DNA of 64,000 nt from a bacterium (GCA_021785655.1 JAJYET010000004.1:8907-72906), one strand, 5' to 3'; positions 37,413 to 47,418 are shown, numbered from the stretch's first letter. Notes: generated by a model not told the origin, from the letters alone. Numbers and translations are program-made.

Positions 37413-39937
37413 AGCCTGGGGTCGACCGGCTCGCTCTCCAGTGCGAGGATTCCGAAGACGCACTCGTGAACCCGGTGCAGGCCTTCTGATCGGACGAACC
37501 TCTCTAAGGCCTCGATCCCCAGGGCAAACTCGCGAACCGCCAGCGAGCGCTTGAGCCCGAGCGAGCGTTCCCGGAGCCGGCTGAGGTTGGCGGGCAGCGT
37601 GTACTCGGGACCGTAGATGATGCGGAGGTACTCCGGTCCGCGGCACTTGACGGCGGGCTGGAGCAGCCCTCGGCGGCCCGTCGCCACAAAGGGCAGGGGT
37701 TTCACCACCATGCCCTCTGCGCCCCTCTGAACCAGGTCCTCCCACCAGCGGATCGCGGTCCGCTCGCTGACCGGGTCGGTGAGGTCAACCGAGGCGTGGG
37801 CAGTGGCGACGATGACGGAATCGGCGTCCGACGCCAGGCGGGCCAGGGTGGCCATGTGCCACACATGGTCTCGATCTGCATGCACCACCGCCCCGCTGGC
37901 GAGGAGGTGGAACGGAGCGATCCGCAGATCGTCGACGGACTTCACGTCCCAGCAGTAGCGGCGATAGGCATCCCGGTACCCGCTAATGAGCCGGGCTCTG
38001 GCCTGGGTGCGATCGGCCAAGTCGCCGACGTCGACTCCGCGCGCACGCGCAGCGTCGAGGGCTGGCAGCGCCGCCGCGAACGCCTGCTCCGCGGCCGAAG
38101 CTACTGCGGAGTACTGGCTGACCAAGAGCTCTCCTGCCTTGACCGACCAGGGCATCACCTCCATGTCGAGGGCAGCCCAGTCGCTAGCGAGCTCGTCCCA
38201 GAGGCCGGCCCGGTCCAGAGCGTTGCGCAGCCGCTCTAGAACAGCCGCCTCAAAGGCGCGGTCGGCGAAGAACCTCCGGCCGGTCCGTGTGTACACGATC
38301 CCCCCCGCGTCACTGGCGATGTGAAACCGGCGCTCGATCGCGCCCGGATCACGGCCCGCGATGGCGACGGCGCGCGACCCCATGTGCTTCTCTTGGCACA
38401 CAACCTGTTCCACCCCGCCGCGACGGAAATAGTCAAAGGCCTCGGCGGGGTGCTCGAGCAGGCCCTCGTTCGCGGTCGTTGCCGGGGGAGACATGGTGGG
38501 CGGCAGATAGACGATCCAGCGAGGATCGACGGCGAAGCGGCTCACGGCCTCGAGGGCAGCAGCGGCGTTCTCGTCGGGGATCGTGACGTTGCCCACGAGG
38601 CGCGTGGTGATCGTCCGCCGTCCCAGGACGTCCGCGGCGTACAGGGCTAGGCTGTCACGCTCGCTGGGAGCCTGAGCAGCCGACAGCGGCCGGGTGGGCT
38701 GGTAGTACATGCGCGCGGCGGGTACCTCGACGAGCTCCCGCTCGGGGTAACGTAGGGCGGTGAGCCGACCGCCAAAGACGCAGCCCGTGTCGATGCAGAT
38801 CGTGTTGTTCAGCCACTCGGCAGCGGGTACGGGCGTATGACCGTAGACCACCATGGCGGCACCACGGTAGTCGGCGGCCCAGTTGTAGCGAACGGGAAGC
38901 CCGAACTCATCGGTCTCCCCGGTCGTCTCCCCATAGAGGGCGAATTCCCGAACCCGGCGGGAGGCGCGTCCCTGGAGCCTCTCGGCCATCCCAGCGTGAG
39001 CGACCACCAGCCGTCCGTCATCAAGAACCAAGTGGCTTACCAGCGTGTCGATGAAGGAGGCGACCTCCTGGCGGAACTCGAACGGCTCGGCTTCTAGCTG
39101 CGCCAGCGATTCGGCCAGGCCGTGGCTCACCGTCACTTGCCGCCCTTGGAGGGCGCGCATCAGCTTGATGTCGTGATTGCCGGGGACGCAGAGTGCGCTG
39201 CCGGTCCGAGTCATGGCCATAACGGTGCGGAGGACCCCGGGGGTCGAGGGGCCGCGATCGACCAGGTCGCCGAGGAAGATGACCTTCCGTCCCTCCGGAT
39301 GGCTGTACCCGCCGTCGGCCGGCTGATAGCCGAGACGGCCGAGGAGGGCGACCAGCTCCTCATGGCAGCCATGGACGTCCCCGATCACATCGAATGGCCC
39401 GTGCCAGTCGCGGCGGTCGGTCCAGAGCCGCTGGCGCTCGACGACCGCGGCATCGACCTCCTCTTGGGAGCGGAGGATGGTCACATAACGGAAGCCCTCG
39501 CGCTGCAGATCCCGTGCCGACCGGTGGAGCTGGAAGATCTGGTTGCGGACCACGTGGGGCCCCAGATTCCGGTCCGGGCGCTCGCGCGAGCGCTGCTGAA
39601 GAACCGACTCCTGGAGATCGAAGACGATCGCCACCGCGAGTACGTCGTTGTCACGAGCGAGCTCGACCAGCGGACGGCGCGCTTCCTTCTGGACGTTGGT
39701 CGCGTCGATGACCGCGAGGCGCCTTAGACCGAGCCTCGCCGAGGCGACGGCGTGCATCACCGCGAAGGCCGGCTGGTTGACGTCGAGGGCATTCTCGTCG
39801 TCGGCCACCATGGCCCTGCAGGCGTCGGAGGAGATAACCTCGGTGGGGAGGAAGTGCTTGCGGGCGAAGCTGGACTTGCCCGAGGAGGTCGCGCCGACCA
39901 GTACCACGAGGGAGAGCTCAGGGATGGTGATGGTCAT
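37409..39937 (-). CDS. pnkp: Polynucleotide kinase-phosphatase-ligase Pnkp (RNA repair)
   Basis: GATSSGKS, GDVHG, GDLVDRG, GNHD, EKHMGSR, EGMVVKP, KCRGPEYLRIIYG, ESEPVDPRL. Confidence 0.97.
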   Translation of the reverse strand: MTITIPELSLVVLVGATSSGKSSFARKHFLPTEVISSDACRAMVADDENALDVNQPAFAVMHAVASARLGLRRLAVIDATNVQKEARRPLVELARDNDVLAVAIVFDLQESVLQQRSRERPDRNLGPHVVRNQIFQLHRSARDLQREGFRYVTILRSQEEVDAAVVERQRLWTDRRDWHGPFDVIGDVHGCHEELVALLGRLGYQPADGGYSHPEGRKVIFLGDLVDRGPSTPGVLRTVMAMTRTGSALCVPGNHDIKLMRALQGRQVTVSHGLAESLAQLEAEPFEFRQEVASFIDTLVSHLVLDDGRLVVAHAGMAERLQGRASRRVREFALYGETTGETDEFGLPVRYNWAADYRGAAMVVYGHTPVPAAEWLNNTICIDTGCVFGGRLTALRYPERELVEVPAARMYYQPTRPLSAAQAPSERDSLALYAADVLGRRTITTRLVGNVTIPDENAAAALEAVSRFAVDPRWIVYLPPTMSPPATTANEGLLEHPAEAFDYFRRGGVEQVVCQEKHMGSRAVAIAGRDPGAIERRFHIASDAGGIVYTRTGRRFFADRAFEAAVLERLRNALDRAGLWDELASDWAALDMEVMPWSVKAGELLVSQYSAVASAAEQAFAAALPALDAARARGVDVGDLADRTQARARLISGYRDAYRRYCWDVKSVDDLRIAPFHLLASGAVVHADRDHVWHMATLARLASDADSVIVATAHASVDLTDPVSERTAIRWWEDLVQRGAEGMVVKPLPFVATGRRGLLQPAVKCRGPEYLRIIYGPEYTLPANLSRLRERSLGLKRSLAVREFALGIEALERFVRSEGLHRVHECVFGILALESEPVDPRL

Positions 39938-41340
39938 CGCTGGAAGACGGCCATCTGGGTAGGGGGCCCGAGTCGATCGTCAGCGTCACCGATGGGACGG
40001 AACGACACCGAGTATCCAAAGCGGGACGCAGCCGATTCGGCCCAGGCGTGGAACTCGGAGCGGGTCCACTCGAATCGGTGGTCCGGATGACGAGTTCGCC
40101 GGGGTCCGAGGGTCGGGAACAGCTGGTTGTATTCCGCGTTCGGGGTGGTCACGACCACGGTGGATGGTCGAGCGTGGCCCAGCACCGAGGCGCTGAAGGC
40201 TTCCAGGCGATCTAGATCCAGGTGCTCGATGACCTCGACCGCCACGGCGGCATCCCAGCCCGTGAGCCGTTCGTCGCGGTAGGTGAGCGAGCCGTGCACG
40301 AGCGAGAGGCGCTCGCGCTGGCGTGGGGCCAGGGAGTTGAGGTGGAGCTTCCGTGCCGCCCTTTCCAGGGCTCGCACCGAGACGTCCACACCGAGGATGC
40401 GGGTGAACCTCGGGTCGGCAAGGAGCAGTTCGATGAGGTGCCCCTCGCCGCAGCCGAGATCAGCGACCGTGGACGCACCCGCTTGGCGGATCGTCTCGAC
40501 CACGGCCTGGAGCCGTTGCTGGTTGAGGTTCAATGGGCGCTCCAGTCCCGCCTCGAGAGCGTCGCCCCGATTGACCCGCGCCTCCGGGTCGATGTCGTCC
40601 TCCTCGGTGAGACGACGCAGCGCCTCCCGGGTGAGGCCGCGCTGGTCGCGCAGGTACCGCCTCACAATCAGCTCGCGTTCCGGGTGCGTCCCCAGCCACT
40701 CCCCCGCTCGTTGCAGGAGCTTGTCCACCTCGGCGTCTCCCACCCAGTAGTGCTTCTCGCCGTCGAGGGCTGGGATGAGGACGGTGAGATGAGTGAGTAG
40801 ATCCGCGAGCCGGAGCGTGCCACGGAGCGTCGTTCGGTGGTACCGGGATAGGCCCCAGGCTGGGAAGCTGCTGTCGAGGAGCTCAGAAGCAACGTCGACC
40901 GTATACCCGAGCGGCTCGAAGAGCCGGTGCACTAGGTCCTTGCCTCCCTCCGACGGCAGTGCGGCGATGGTCGCCTCTAGGGGGATGGCCTGAGCCGCGA
41001 GCTCCGGCCGGTCGGTCGAGCGCCCGCTCCGGGCCGACGCGAACGCCTTGCCGAGTGCCACCGAGAGGAGGGACGTCGCGGCGTACGGGCGGTCGTTGAC
41101 GTAGTGGTCCACCCCGCCGGCTGCCGGGGTCCGCGACCCACGGCCTCGCCGCCGCACCAGGTCGATCGGGTCGATCTCGAGGAGGAGGGCGACGGTGCAG
41201 CGCTCGGCGGTCGCCTCCGGGTAGAAGACGTGGGCCACTCCGCCGAACACGTCGAACGTGTTGACGCGAGCTGGGTTCTTGTGGAGCAGGAATCCGAGAT
41301 CGGTGGCCGGCAGGTGGGTCGTGGTAACGGTCAAGAACAT
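39934..41340 (-). CDS. hen1: 3'-terminal RNA ribose 2'-O-methyltransferase Hen1
   Basis: PATDLGFLLHKNP, YVNDRPY, KHYWVG, DLGCGEG, EVIEH, RHPDHRFEWTR; ATGA overlap with pnkp. Confidence 0.97.
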   Translation of the reverse strand: MFLTVTTTHLPATDLGFLLHKNPARVNTFDVFGGVAHVFYPEATAERCTVALLLEIDPIDLVRRRGRGSRTPAAGGVDHYVNDRPYAATSLLSVALGKAFASARSGRSTDRPELAAQAIPLEATIAALPSEGGKDLVHRLFEPLGYTVDVASELLDSSFPAWGLSRYHRTTLRGTLRLADLLTHLTVLIPALDGEKHYWVGDAEVDKLLQRAGEWLGTHPERELIVRRYLRDQRGLTREALRRLTEEDDIDPEARVNRGDALEAGLERPLNLNQQRLQAVVETIRQAGASTVADLGCGEGHLIELLLADPRFTRILGVDVSVRALERAARKLHLNSLAPRQRERLSLVHGSLTYRDERLTGWDAAVAVEVIEHLDLDRLEAFSASVLGHARPSTVVVTTPNAEYNQLFPTLGPRRTRHPDHRFEWTRSEFHAWAESAASRFGYSVSFRPIGDADDRLGPPTQMAVFQR

Positions 41341-41665
41341 GAGGCCCGAAGTCTCGCATACCGAGCGGGGCCGTCTGGCCACAAAGGGCTGGGAACGGCC
41401 TGAGCACCGTTGCCCCAGGGACGACTACCGGAAGACCGCGGCGGTGACACCTTGCCTGACACCTTCCCGTCCCGCACGAGACGAGTTTTCGCCTGTCAAC
41501 GGCCATCCGAGGTCGGCCGGAACTCAGCACCGTCGGGGTCGCGGAATCCAACCTCGGACGACTCGGACGCCCCTGGCACCCACGGACACCGACCGAGGCA
41601 ATTTGCGGACCCGCCTCTTCGCTTCCGTTGATCCGGGGTGGGGTAAGCCTCAGCCCGATCTGATG

Positions 41666-42754
41666 CTAGTGTCCTGCTTCCGAAGTAGCTACGCAAGAGC
41701 GAGCGATGCTGGCGAGGATCTGGTCGGCGGTCTTGACCCAGGTGAAGGGCTTGGGGTGCTCGTTGTTGGCCTTGAGGTAGACGCGGATTGCGTCCTCCAG
41801 AGCGCGCACGCTCTGGTGTGAACCCCGTCGGACCTGGCGCTCCGTGAGCAGTCCGAACCAGCGCTCCACCTGGTTGATCCAGGACGAATAGGTCGGGGTG
41901 AAGTGCAGCTGAAACCGGGGATGGAGCAACAGCCAACGATGGACCGAACGAGTCTTGTGGGTGCCGTAGTTGTCGAGTACCAGATGAACGCCGAGGTCGG
42001 CGGGGACCTCGGCGTCGATGCGCTGCAGAAAGCTGAGGAACTCGGTACTGCGATGGCGCCGGTGAAGGTCGCCGATCACCCTGCCGGTGCCGATGTCCAG
42101 GGCGGCGAACAAGGTGGTGGTCCCGTGGCGGTGGTAGTCATGGGTCTGGCGCTCGGGGAGCCCGGGCCGCATGGGCAGCAGCGGCTGGGTACGGTCCAGC
42201 GCCTGAATCTGGCTCTTCTCGTCGACGCAGAGGACCAGCGCCGCCTCCGGGGGGTGCAGGTACAGGCCCACGATGTCCCGCACCTTCTCCACCAGCTGCG
42301 GATCGTTGGAGAGCTTGAAGCTCTCGCTGCGGTGCGGCTGCAGACCGAAGGCATGCCAGATGCGCAGCACGCTGGTGTCGCTCAGCCCACTGGCTTCGGC
42401 CATACTCCTGGTGGTCCAGTCGGTGGCGTTGGCCGGCTTGGTCTCCAGAGTTCGCACCACCACCTGCTCCACCTGCTCGTCGGTGATTCGCCGAGGGGCC
42501 CCACACCGGGGCTCGTCCAGAAGACCCGCCAGCCCCCGGCCGATGTACCGCTTTCGCCACTTCCCCACCGTGGCAGCGCTCACCCGCAGCTGGGCCGCCA
42601 CATCCCGGTTGCTGACCCCGTCGGCGCAGCGCAGTACGATGTCCGCCCGGCGCGCCAGCCCGTTTGAGGTGGTCCTGCGCCGCCGCCACCGCAGGAGATG
42701 CTCCCGGTCCTCCGGGCTGACCAGCAGGTCGGGTTTGGGACGGCCACGGAGCAT
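41666..42754 (-). CDS. IS630 transposase
   Basis: [43 protein letters not shown]. Confidence 0.96.
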   Translation of the reverse strand: MLRGRPKPDLLVSPEDREHLLRWRRRRTTSNGLARRADIVLRCADGVSNRDVAAQLRVSAATVGKWRKRYIGRGLAGLLDEPRCGAPRRITDEQVEQVVVRTLETKPANATDWTTRSMAEASGLSDTSVLRIWHAFGLQPHRSESFKLSNDPQLVEKVRDIVGLYLHPPEAALVLCVDEKSQIQALDRTQPLLPMRPGLPERQTHDYHRHGTTTLFAALDIGTGRVIGDLHRRHRSTEFLSFLQRIDAEVPADLGVHLVLDNYGTHKTRSVHRWLLLHPRFQLHFTPTYSSWINQVERWFGLLTERQVRRGSHQSVRALEDAIRVYLKANNEHPKPFTWVKTADQILASIARSCVATSEAGH

Positions 42755-42826
42755 GATCTGGCCCTCATTGTGAGGCCTCCAACGACCGCTCCATTATAAC
42801 CAGTATCTTCAGAAGCAAGACGCTAG
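41666..42826 (-). mobile_element. IS630 family element B
   Basis: Inverted repeats CTAGTGTCCTGCTTCCGAAG / CTAGCGTCTTGCTTCTGAAG. Confidence 0.92.
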
Positions 42827-42829
42827 CGG

Positions 42830-43100
42830 CCTAGTAGCGAATTGATTGCGCCTCTCCTGGAGCTGTCGTACCCCGTTTGCGGTACCAGCTGAGCTGGACC
42901 CGGGCCAGGGGGTCCGGTCACTCACGCCAAGTCTGGGTCGGAACCTGCCAGTCGGCCCGGGATGGGGTCCTGCCTGCCAGACGTGGCGCAAGCGCCTCCC
43001 GGATCTCCTCAAGTGTGAGTCCCACCTGCTGGGCGGCGGCCATCAAGGCGAGCCGTCGCAGAGTAGCTCGAGCGAACCGGCGCTGTGTTGGTGGCACCAC
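42830..43100 (-). pseudogene. soxR: SoxR-like MerR regulator fragment
   Basis: QRRFARATLRRLALMAAAQQVGLTLEEIREAL...RTPSRADW...WR; lacks N-terminal HTH and Cys cluster. Confidence 0.7.
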
Positions 43101-43217
43101 TGGGTGAGGCAGTAGGAAGGGGGAAACGGCAGAGCTACTCGAGGCTGGCGGGGACGGGAACGGCTGGCCGCAGTACTGAAGCTGCCGCTACCCCGGGGGG
43201 CCATGTGTACCGTATAG

Positions 43218-43246
43218 TTGTCTTCTTGTTGTACTTCTGCTATGGT
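43218..43246 (+). promoter_or_regulatory. Promoter of the XRE-membrane operon
   Basis: TTGTCT-17 nt-TATGGT with extended TG. Confidence 0.55.
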
Positions 43247-43292
43247 GCGTAAGACCAGTGTGGAAAGGCCGCGATGAAGGGGTAGGACTGGC

Positions 43293-43571
43293 GTGAAGCA
43301 GACTTCGCTTCATAACCGGGTCGCGGTTCTGCGCACCGAGCACGGACTGAGCCGGCACGAACTGGCCGAGGCGGTGGGCGTCAACTACCAGACCATCGGC
43401 TACATCGAACGTGGCGAATACAGCCCCAGCCTGGACCTGGCCTTCCGCCTGGCTGAGGTATTCGAACTCCCGATCGAAGCGATTTTCTCGCGGCGACCCA
43501 TGAGGCCGATGAGCCAGCAGCTCTTCGCCCCGGATCGGGCGCCGGCCGTGGGGCCTGGGACCGAGAGGTGA
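43293..43571 (+). CDS. XRE-family transcriptional regulator
   Basis: NRVAVLR...LSRHELAEAVGVNYQTIGYIERGEYSPSLDLAFRLA. Confidence 0.95.
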   Translation: MKQTSLHNRVAVLRTEHGLSRHELAEAVGVNYQTIGYIERGEYSPSLDLAFRLAEVFELPIEAIFSRRPMRPMSQQLFAPDRAPAVGPGTER

Positions 43572-44638
43572 CCAGCACCACGACCCGTCTAACTCGCTAC
43601 CGCCGCCCCGACTTCCTGGTCGGAGCTGTGCTTGCCCTTTACGCCGTGATTATCGCGACCTTGACCTTCGCACTTCCGGGACGGTGGCAGGCGTACAAGG
43701 TCTACCTGGTCTTCGTCGCGGTGACCATTCTGGCGGTCAGGCTGGTCCCCGTCGAGCCAGGGTCCCTACTTCGGCGCCGGGTGGCGCGGCGGACTCTGGT
43801 CGGAGTTATCGTCGGAGTCTGTCTGCTGATGGTGGTCGTCGGAAGTGGCCTGGGCTACTACCTGTGGCTCGGGATCCTCTGCCTGGTTTTCTGCGACGTG
43901 CTGTTGGGGCGGGCCACCCAGCGGATTGCCACTGCCCCTGACGACCATGTCGATGAGTGGCAGGAGTCGCTGCGCAACCGGGCCCATCGCACTGCGTACT
44001 GGGTCATCGCGGCGTCCTTTGTGGTGTTGTTCTTCAGCACCTATGTGGCCACCGAGCAGACGAGGGCATGGCTGTTCCAGGGCCGTGGAGGAGGGCTTTG
44101 GATCGTCTCCGCTGAACTGCTCTTCTGCCTACCCGCCATGGTGATCGCCTGGGGCCAGTCGGACCCTGTCTCCGAGTTTCTATCCCCACCGCGGCACCTG
44201 GCGTGGCTGCGACGGGCGACCGTTGCGATGGTGAGCGCATCACTGCTGGCGCCGGTGCTGGCCAGTCTCGCACTGCCCGTACTGCCAATCACAACCCAGT
44301 CCTCCGTCCGGCCGAGCCAAGGCCGGTGTCTGAACTTCAGAGCGACGGAGACCGTCGGGATCCTAGTCGAGGCTCAGTTGCCTCTCGCGGCTCTGGCCTG
44401 TTGGAACGGGCGGCGCGCGGTCGAAATGTATGGGATGAACCGGAGTGACTGCGTGCAGGCCGACACCCAGCTAGCCACAACAGAGACCATCGCATGCCGG
44501 CGCATGGTCTCCACGACTGGGACGCTGCGCTTCGTCTACACCGCCAGAGTTGGCTCTCCGTTCTTGCCCTTCATGGCAAGGGTTGTGACCCTCCGAGTGA
44601 CGCTCACGCGTACCGGCAGGGTGCTGCAGTTCCCGTGA
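43568..44638 (+). CDS. Multi-pass membrane protein with DUF2178-like motif and C-terminal Cys domain
   Basis: ~7 hydrophobic segments, DEWQESLRNRAHRTAY, C..CWNG..C..C; GTGA overlap. Confidence 0.8.
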   Translation: MTSTTTRLTRYRRPDFLVGAVLALYAVIIATLTFALPGRWQAYKVYLVFVAVTILAVRLVPVEPGSLLRRRVARRTLVGVIVGVCLLMVVVGSGLGYYLWLGILCLVFCDVLLGRATQRIATAPDDHVDEWQESLRNRAHRTAYWVIAASFVVLFFSTYVATEQTRAWLFQGRGGGLWIVSAELLFCLPAMVIAWGQSDPVSEFLSPPRHLAWLRRATVAMVSASLLAPVLASLALPVLPITTQSSVRPSQGRCLNFRATETVGILVEAQLPLAALACWNGRRAVEMYGMNRSDCVQADTQLATTETIACRRMVSTTGTLRFVYTARVGSPFLPFMARVVTLRVTLTRTGRVLQFP

Positions 44639-45627
44639 ACGTTGTCAGACCGGTGAGGACCTGGAAAGGTCGCCGCCGAGGGCACCTTCGGAGAGCTTGC
44701 GTGGTCATAGCGGGGGCGCTGTGGCTCCTCCTAGCCTCTCCCGTACCGGAGTCATTGAGCGGGTGGGGGATAGCTGTGGTGCTCACGATTGTCGCCATCG
44801 TCCTGGCCCTGGGGGCTGGCACCGGATGGATTGCCTTCCAGCGAGCAGATCGAGTCGATGAGTTCAGTCGGGAGCTGCGAGATCGTGCCTACCGGCTCGC
44901 GTTCAGGTTCTTCGTGTTGGGAGTGCTCCTCCTGGCTCTTGCGTGGTTCGTGAGCCAAGTGCTCCATGGGCAGATCACTTGGGCGGTCCCCGACCCGGTA
45001 GGCGCCAGACGCATGGCGGCGCTACTGGTTCTGTTGGCCACGCTGCCGACTGCGATGACGGTCTGGATGGCTCCCGCTGCAGGGGATGACCCCCGGGCTG
45101 CGGGCTCGCCAGCGCGGGCCGGCCGACTCACTTGGCGTTGGCTGCCCTTGATTTCCGTCCCAGCGCTGTTCACGGTGTGGTTGTCCGGCGTGGCCCTCAT
45201 GCCGGTAAGTGGGGCGACCCTGGTCACCCTGCCAGATCCCGGGTTCGCTATGACAAATGGACATTGCGGTGCATTCGCGGCCACGCAGCAGGTGGCGCGC
45301 GGCTTTGGCCCGACAGTCCGACTCCTCGCCCAGGTGTGCTGGAATGGTCGGGAAGCGTGGGTGATCAACGACCCCGGAGCGCCGACACCTCGCTACTTCG
45401 GACCTTTGTCGTCAGGCGTGGAGCCGACCCTCTGTTCTCCCGCCAACGACGGTACCGACTTCGGAGTGGTCAGGCGAGTGGGCTGCCGAGTGTGGATCAA
45501 TGGGGCGGGAACTGTCCACGTGCGCCTTAGGGCCCAGGCGGGGTCTGGTCTGCTGAGCATCGGGCGGAAATGGATCCAGATCACCTTGGTGGTGACCAGG
45601 AGCGGTCGAGTTCTGATATTTACGTGA
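44635..45627 (+). CDS. Paralogous membrane protein with DUF2178-like motif and Cys domain
   Basis: DEFSRELRDRAYRLAF, C..CWNG..C..C, TRSGRVL end; GTGA overlap. Confidence 0.8.
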   Translation: MNVVRPVRTWKGRRRGHLRRACVVIAGALWLLLASPVPESLSGWGIAVVLTIVAIVLALGAGTGWIAFQRADRVDEFSRELRDRAYRLAFRFFVLGVLLLALAWFVSQVLHGQITWAVPDPVGARRMAALLVLLATLPTAMTVWMAPAAGDDPRAAGSPARAGRLTWRWLPLISVPALFTVWLSGVALMPVSGATLVTLPDPGFAMTNGHCGAFAATQQVARGFGPTVRLLAQVCWNGREAWVINDPGAPTPRYFGPLSSGVEPTLCSPANDGTDFGVVRRVGCRVWINGAGTVHVRLRAQAGSGLLSIGRKWIQITLVVTRSGRVLIFT

Positions 45628-45644
45628 GAGGACGGCCTGGGCAC

Positions 45645-45820
45645 TGAAGCCCGGAAGTCGATGTCCCCCAACGTGGCTTGGTGCCGCAGCTTGGCCGCCT
45701 TGAGCCGGGTCGCCAGCCGCCGGCTCTCCCCCCAGCTCATCTCCCGGTCCTCAGGCAGCCCGATGCAGTCCTCGAAGGGCAGCTCCAGGCCCTGGGTCTG
45801 CTCCAGCTGCTCCCGCAGCG
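45645..45820 (-). pseudogene. istB: IS21 IstB helper ATPase fragment
   Basis: LPFEDCIGLPEDREMS..ESRRLATRLKAAKLRHQATLGDIDFR. Confidence 0.75.
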
Positions 45821-45837
45821 CCGGAACGGCTGCTGTT

Positions 45838-46025
45838 GGCGAATCGAGCTCGCGCGCCGTGCCTGGGGCCAGGCCGAGCTATCGCGTGCTGCTCGTCTCC
45901 GAGCCCCGGCTGTGCGAGTCGGCTCTCTCGGGCGGGCCGATCGCTCCCAGGACGCTCCGGAAGATAGCCATGGCGCTGGCGACGGCTCCAACGCTGGCCG
46001 CTCTCGATTCGATCCTTCCGCCAGT
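45838..46025 (+). pseudogene. Degenerate paralog of the XRE gene at 31595
   Basis: RIELARRAWGQAELSRAARL / GGPIAPRTLRKIAMALATAPTLAALDSILP, frameshifted. Confidence 0.75.
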
Positions 46026-46109
46026 GCGTGGAGTGGCGAAGGACCGCGACGGCGCCAGGCCGGAGGTTCGTCCCACTTTGATTCCGTACCGGCGTCCAGC
46101 GCTCTCAGT

Positions 46110-46340
46110 CGCCGATACTCGAAGCTGCCCGCAGAACTGACGCTCGCTCCTGATCGTGTACAGCGTCATCAAGGCATAGCTCTCCAGCAACGGCTTCGGG
46201 GGGCGGGGGGCGCCCAACTGCGCCTACAGTTCTTGAAGGGACAGTTCCAGTTGCCAAGGTGCCGCCTCTGCCAGCGGCTTCATTCTGCGGATCGGGTAGT
46301 TCGCCGGAATCACCGCAGTCGGGCGTTCAAGCGGGTAGCG
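46110..46340 (-). pseudogene. IS5-family transposase N-terminal remnant
   Basis: IPANYPIRRMKPLAEAA...PPKPLLESYALMTLYTIRSERQFCGQL with internal stop. Confidence 0.7.
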
Positions 46341-46499
46341 CTATCCCCCCCCCCCCCTGGAGTCAAACTTGGGTAATAATAGACTTGACGCACGCCGGAT
46401 AGGGGTGCCATGATCTCCACGGCATGGGAAGTTGGCGGCGTGATGGGACGGCTGAGCCGGGTGGTACACCCGTGGTCGAGCCGTGAGCGACTGTTCGCC

Positions 46500-47375
46500 A
46501 TGCTTGAACTGACCGCCTTTTCGGACGAGAGCTACACGGAGCACGAGGTTTATTGCGTCGCGGGCTACTGGGCAAGCGCGCGTGCATGGTCCCACTTTGA
46601 TGACCAGTGGAAACAAGAACTAGCGCGTTGCGGCCTCTCGGAGTTCCACGCGGAAGACTGTGAGCAAGGCCATGGAGAATATGCCAATAGGAAGGACCGC
46701 GCGAAGCTACGCGCAAGATTCACCAAGATTGTGAACGCCAATATGCTTCACGGGGTTTTCGCTTGCATTGACCTTCGTGGCTGGGACGACATTGCCGACG
46801 AAGTTGCCTACCTGCGTCCCGACGCGAGAGATCCGTTCTACATCCCCTTCCAGATGTTCCTGGAAGGCGCTACTAAAGAGGTTGACTGCTTTGCCCCCAA
46901 CGAACGCCTCGCGGTAGTCTTCGACGACCGCGAGGGTGCTGGCAAAGTGGTTGAGCTTTACAACTCGCTTAGGCGCGATGCGGACCCGGCCTTCAAAGTT
47001 TTGAACGCTCGTCTCGGGAGTGCGGTGTCTGGGGCGTCTAGTGAATATGCCGGTCTCCAGGCCGCCGATCTCCTGGCGTATGAGGCGCGACTCTATGTAA
47101 GCGGTCCAATCTGGGGAGTGCGCGGGTCCGAGCGGCGCCCAGCGTGGGAGCCGTTGTCTTCTAAGCTTCGCCACGGCAGCGTGATTACTCGCGAGCAGAT
47201 GCCGGCCCTAGCCCGGCAAATGCGCGTGAAGGGCGGCGAGGGTGCTATGCGTCGGGCGGCTGTTCTGGCGGCTCGGAAGGCCGACCGCGATGCCCATGGG
47301 GCCGTCTATCGCGCTCGTACTTCTCCCGCTGCTCCGCAATCTCCTGAGCCGGGACGGCCAGAAGAGACCGCATAA
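46500..47375 (+). CDS. DUF3800-like protein; start 46500 or upstream to 46410
   Basis: AFSDES, VAGY, EFHA, VVFD, GLQAADLLAY. Confidence 0.75.
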   Translation: MLELTAFSDESYTEHEVYCVAGYWASARAWSHFDDQWKQELARCGLSEFHAEDCEQGHGEYANRKDRAKLRARFTKIVNANMLHGVFACIDLRGWDDIADEVAYLRPDARDPFYIPFQMFLEGATKEVDCFAPNERLAVVFDDREGAGKVVELYNSLRRDADPAFKVLNARLGSAVSGASSEYAGLQAADLLAYEARLYVSGPIWGVRGSERRPAWEPLSSKLRHGSVITREQMPALARQMRVKGGEGAMRRAAVLAARKADRDAHGAVYRARTSPAAPQSPEPGRPEETA

Positions 47376-47418
47376 AACGGTCGAGGGGTGTCTGCGCCCG
47401 CTTGCTCTCATCGGTCAT
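47245..47418 (-). CDS. Small hypothetical IS1595-associated protein
   Basis: MTDESKRAQTPLDRFMRSLLAVPAQEIAEQREKY; downstream of 47481..47771, overlaps DUF3800 3' end. Confidence 0.45.
   Translation of the reverse strand: MTDESKRAQTPLDRFMRSLLAVPAQEIAEQREKYERDRRPHGHRGRPSEPPEQPPDA

Noticed and set aside
36255..42826. True composite transposon around hen1-pnkp
   Set aside because: The two IS630s have different inverted repeats and diverged transposases; CTAG at each end is explained by separate insertions
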